Shown here piece after piece: positions 60,180 to 64,000 of a DNA stretch of 64,000 nt. The stretch comes from Octopus sinensis. Lineage: Eukaryota. The notes beneath the pieces were generated by a model that made no database searches, was not told the origin of the DNA, and saw nothing but the letters and a program-made list of their open reading frames with translations. The translations under genes were made by a program, and so were the position numbers. The stretch is taken from contig NC_043018.1 in NCBI RefSeq assembly GCF_006345805.1, positions 6,386,001 to 6,450,000 on the forward strand. The letters are read 5' to 3'. How positions within the stretch are numbered: the first letter of the stretch is position 1; every line of letters begins with the position of its first letter.

Positions 60180-60785
60180 ATGGCATCAGAGAAACCAGTG
60201 TTAAATAAAATAGTAAATCTCTCTAATAAAGAACTTAAACCCAACCAGATAAGCATACTATCCAAGGGACTAAAATTTACACCAACCCCTCAACGACCAA
60301 ATTACCATGAAATGAAAGATGATATTTCTGAGTTTTGTGGAAAATTAAGATTAGCCGAGGAATTTTATGACAAACACATTGGCAACGATTCAATAGCTAG
60401 AAATAGTAGCAACTACACCCCTGCAGAAGGAAAGAATAAAGCCCTGGACCAATTCTGTGAGCACATCACCAATTACCCTTATCAACTCACAAATAAACAA
60501 AAACACAGACAAAACTTCAACAACAGACAATGGAACGACCTTAACGAACTAAAAGAAGATAAAGCCATAGCAATCAAATAGGCAGATAAAGGTAACGCAG
60601 TAGTCCTAATGAACACGAGGGACTATAAAAATCTAGTACTATCTCTATTAGGGGATGAGACATATTGCGTAAAAGGCCCAACATAAGATAATGAATAATC
60701 TCAGGACATTAATCAACTCGTACTGAAAAGGACTTACAGACAAGGAATACGACTACATTACCAATTTCAAGAGTAAATCAATGAA
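60180..60785 (+). pseudogene. Penelope-like element ORF N-terminus (pre-RT region)
   Basis: IVNLSNKEL, LSKGLKFTPTP, IAIK*ADKGNAVVLMNTRDY, GLTDKEYDYITNF. Confidence 0.85.
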
Positions 60786-60840
60786 TTAATATTTGCGAGG
60801 TGCATCTCAAGTGCAATGAAATTGGATTTTTTTAAGATGA

Positions 60841-60843
<3 letters not shown>

Positions 60844-60900
<57 letters not shown>

Positions 60901-61182
60901 CTCAGTCGAAGTCGACTCTCGGTCACTCGTTGGATCAGTGTCCTCCAGTCAGTTCTATCCTGGGCCGCTTCCTTCAGACTGGCCATGTTCATTCTGGTAT
61001 CACTCCTGATGGTGTCAAGCCAGCGGGTTCTTGGTCGGCCTCTTCCTCTCTTGTCACTGACCATTCCAAGCATGATGTCCTTCTCCAGGGATTCTCTCTG
61101 CATAATATGACCGAAATATGCCAATCTATGCTTGGTGATCCCAGCTTCTAGCGACATTTTCGGCCTGATCTGCTTAAGAACC
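60844..61182 (-). mobile_element. RTE C-terminal fragment with (GA)n tail
   Basis: RLAYFGHIMQRESLEKDIMLG..RGRGRPRTRWLD. Confidence 0.85.
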
Positions 61183-61184
61183 TA

Positions 61185-62062
61185 GTGATGAAAAATGGAT
61201 TGTCTACAATAGCATTAATCAAAAACGATCATAATGAACCAAGCATAATGAACCAGCATAAACCACATCGAAAGCTGAATTGCATCAAAAAAAGGTCATG
61301 CTGTTAATTTGATGGGTTTACAAAGGTGTTGTGTATTTTGAGCTGCTTCCAAGGAACCAAATGATCAATTCAGGAGTTTACTGTCAACCAACTAATGAAA
61401 CTGGTAGAAGTAATAAAAGAAAAACGTCCAGAATTGGCAAATCGTAAAGGAATCATGTTCCACCATGACAATGCTAGACCACACGTCTTTGCAAACTTGT
61501 GAAAAATTATTGGAGCTTGGTTGAGAAGTGATGTCACATCCATCATATAGCCCTGACCTTGCACCATCAGATTACCATTTATTTCGAAGTTTGTGAAATT
61601 CTTTGAATGGTAAAACTTTCAATAATGAAGATGACCTGAAATTGCACTTGTTTCAGATTTTGGCTGATAAGGACCAGAAGTTCTATGAGTGCAAAATCAT
61701 GAAGTTGCCAGAAAGATGGCAAAAAGTCATTGAACAAAATGGAAAATATATAATTGATTAAAGTTCATTCTTTGTATGCAAAAAGAAAAAAATGACTTTC
61801 ATTTTACACTAAAAAAACCAAGATTACTTTCTTGTTTCTTTACTACCCACAAGGGGCTAAACACTGAGGGGACAAACAAGGACAGACAAAGGGATTAAGT
61901 CGATTATATCGACCCCAGTGTGTAACTGGTACTTATTTAATCGACCCCAAAAGGATGAAAGGCAAAGTCGACCTCGGCGGAATTTGAACTCAGAACGTAG
62001 CGGCAGACAAAATACTGCTAAGCATTTCGCCCGGCGTGCTAACGTTTCTGACCAACCCAATA
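61185..62062 (+). mobile_element. mariner transposase 3' part; right TIR split by a SINE B
   Basis: DEKWIVYN, MFHHDNARPH, HPSYSPDLAPSDYHLFRS; TIR attactttcttg|SINE|accaacccaata. Confidence 0.85.
61835..62050 (-). mobile_element. SINE B
   Basis: Family consensus, head slightly truncated. Confidence 0.85.
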
Positions 62063-62414
62063 GCTAAGACTGAAGGCAAAAACCAGTAGGTCCTCAGAGA
62101 CCATATGATTGATATGGTTAAAATTTCTCTTGGACATGTGTGTCACAAGGTGTCGTGGAGGCCCAGGGTGGGGGGTCAGAATTGTTGATTGCAAACTCTG
62201 GTAACTAAGGACTGGACACAGTGAATACTGAAGGGTCTTAGGTGTTGAGGGAGATGGGCATGAGGAGGTGTTAAGAGCAAGTTTATTGTATTGGCTATTG
62301 TAGTAGTAGTAGTAGTAGAAAGAAATAGGGGACAATGTGGAGCAGAAGATGGAGAATATTAGGGACATATCAATGTGCTCACAGTGTGTGTGTGAGCGTG
62401 CATGAATGCATGTA

Positions 62415-62449
<35 letters not shown>

Positions 62450-62464
62450 TCATATACTCTCTCC

Positions 62465-62674
62465 CTCTTTTACTTGTTTCAGTCATTTGACTGGGCCATG
62501 CTAGAGCACCGCCTTTAATCGAGCAACTCGACCCCGGGACTTATTCTTTTGTAAGCCCAGTACTTATTCTATCGGTCTCTTTTGCCGAACTGCTAAGTGA
62601 CGGGGACATAAACACCCCAGCATCGGTTGTCAAGTAATGCTAGGGGGACAATCACAGACACACAAACACACACA

Positions 62675-62705
<31 letters not shown>

Positions 62706-62865
62706 GACAGGCTTCTTTCAGTTTCCGTCTACCAAATCCACTCACAAGGCTTTGGTTGGCCCGAGGCTATAGTAGAAGACACTTGCCCAAGGTGCCATGC
62801 AGTGGGACTGAACCTGGAACCATGTGGTTGGTAAACAAGCTGCTTACCACACAGCCACTCCTATG
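62465..62865 (-). mobile_element. SINE A, full length
   Basis: Close to family consensus. Confidence 0.9.
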
Positions 62866-63494
62866 GACATAAGGGAGTAATTTTTTGTTTGTGTGTATGT
62901 ATGTATACATATGTGTGTGTGTGTGTGTATACACATACTGTGCTATAAGTTATTTCCCAAATTAAAAGTGCAACAAGGACAAGCTATATATATATATGTA
63001 TACACATGCATGTCTATGTGTAGGCGTGTGTGTGTGTGCACATGCATGCATGTGTAGGTGTATGTATATAGGTGTGTGTGTATGTTCTAGCATGTGTATT
63101 TCAGTGGGGGCTGTGTGTGAAACAATGATAAAAGAAAGGGTTTGGTCCTTTAAAAAGTCAGCAGTCATCTGGGGCATCTGTTTTATGTCATGGCTGATTT
63201 GACTTTGGGGCTGTAGTGATGGCGGTGGTTGTTGTTGTTGTTCTTGTTGTTGGTGATGGAGGTGGTGGTGGTGTTTAAGAGTCTGAAGTGGTCAGGGAGG
63301 GGTTTCATATGTAGTGTTTGTGTGTGTGTGTGTGGGGGATTTTCTGTGTAATGCTGGTGTGTGTGTCTGTGTGAATATATACTTGTTTGTGTGTGTACGT
63401 GTGGTGTGTACAGGAATGTATGTATATATAAAGTGTATTGTAATATAGAAGTATGTGTGAGTGCTTAAGTTTGAAAGAAGGTGTGTGTGTATAT

Positions 63495-63740
63495 AAGATA
63501 TATATATATGTATGTATGTATATATGTATGTATGTATATATGTATGTATGTATAAATGTATGTATGTATAAATGTATGTATGTATATATGTATGTATGTA
63601 TATATATATATGTATGTATATGTATGTATATATATATATATGTATGTATACATATGTATATATATGTGTATATATATATGTATGTGTATATATATGTATG
63701 TATATATATATATGTATGTTATATATGTAGGTCTATATAT
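63495..63740. repeat. (TATG)n/(TA)n microsatellite
   Basis: Direct inspection. Confidence 0.9.
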
Positions 63741-64000
63741 AAGTGGTATCTATAAAAATGTGGGTTTCTGCAGCTTGGCTGAGTGTGTATGTAAACCACC
63801 CTCCTACTCGCGCCATTTATTATCAACAAGTGCTAAGCAGAAGGAGTCTTGTACAATTCCATTGTTAGAAGAACCTTGGTGATGTCAGCCTCTTTTAAAA
63901 TTTCCCTCCTTCATGTCAGCCCTACATCAGTCAGTCGCTGCTATTTCTTGCTCTTGCGGTCCTTAAAGGACTGTCCTCCTCCAACGGAGTTAGTTAATAA

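Overview
Repeat-dominated eukaryotic DNA; the SINE/RTE families and microsatellite load suggest a coleoid cephalopod such as Octopus (inference from recognised repeat types, not a database hit). No host protein-coding exon is recognisable. Contents: four tRNA-derived SINE families in many copies; RTE LINE fragments and 3' tails; a CR1-clade LINE with an intact 921-aa APE+RT ORF2; Penelope-like element (PLE) pieces (N-terminus, GIY-YIG endonuclease, terminal repeats); Tc1, mariner, maT, pogo, hAT, piggyBac-type and Merlin-type DNA transposon remnants or MITEs; a Helitron Rep remnant and a non-autonomous Helitron; many micro/minisatellites. A probable host promoter and non-coding first-exon zone lies at about 33.5-37.6 kb. 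Best leads: (1) minimal hammerhead ribozyme motifs in PLE termini, in two unrelated families, one with a U3:A8 compensatory core; (2) a C4HC3 PHD finger inside an RTE reverse transcriptase; (3) SINE multimers sharing one fixed junction six times; (4) Merlin-type MITEs with two left ends or two right ends; (5) the intact, AUG-less CR1 ORF2. Coordinates were read by eye; boundaries of degenerate repeats are approximate.
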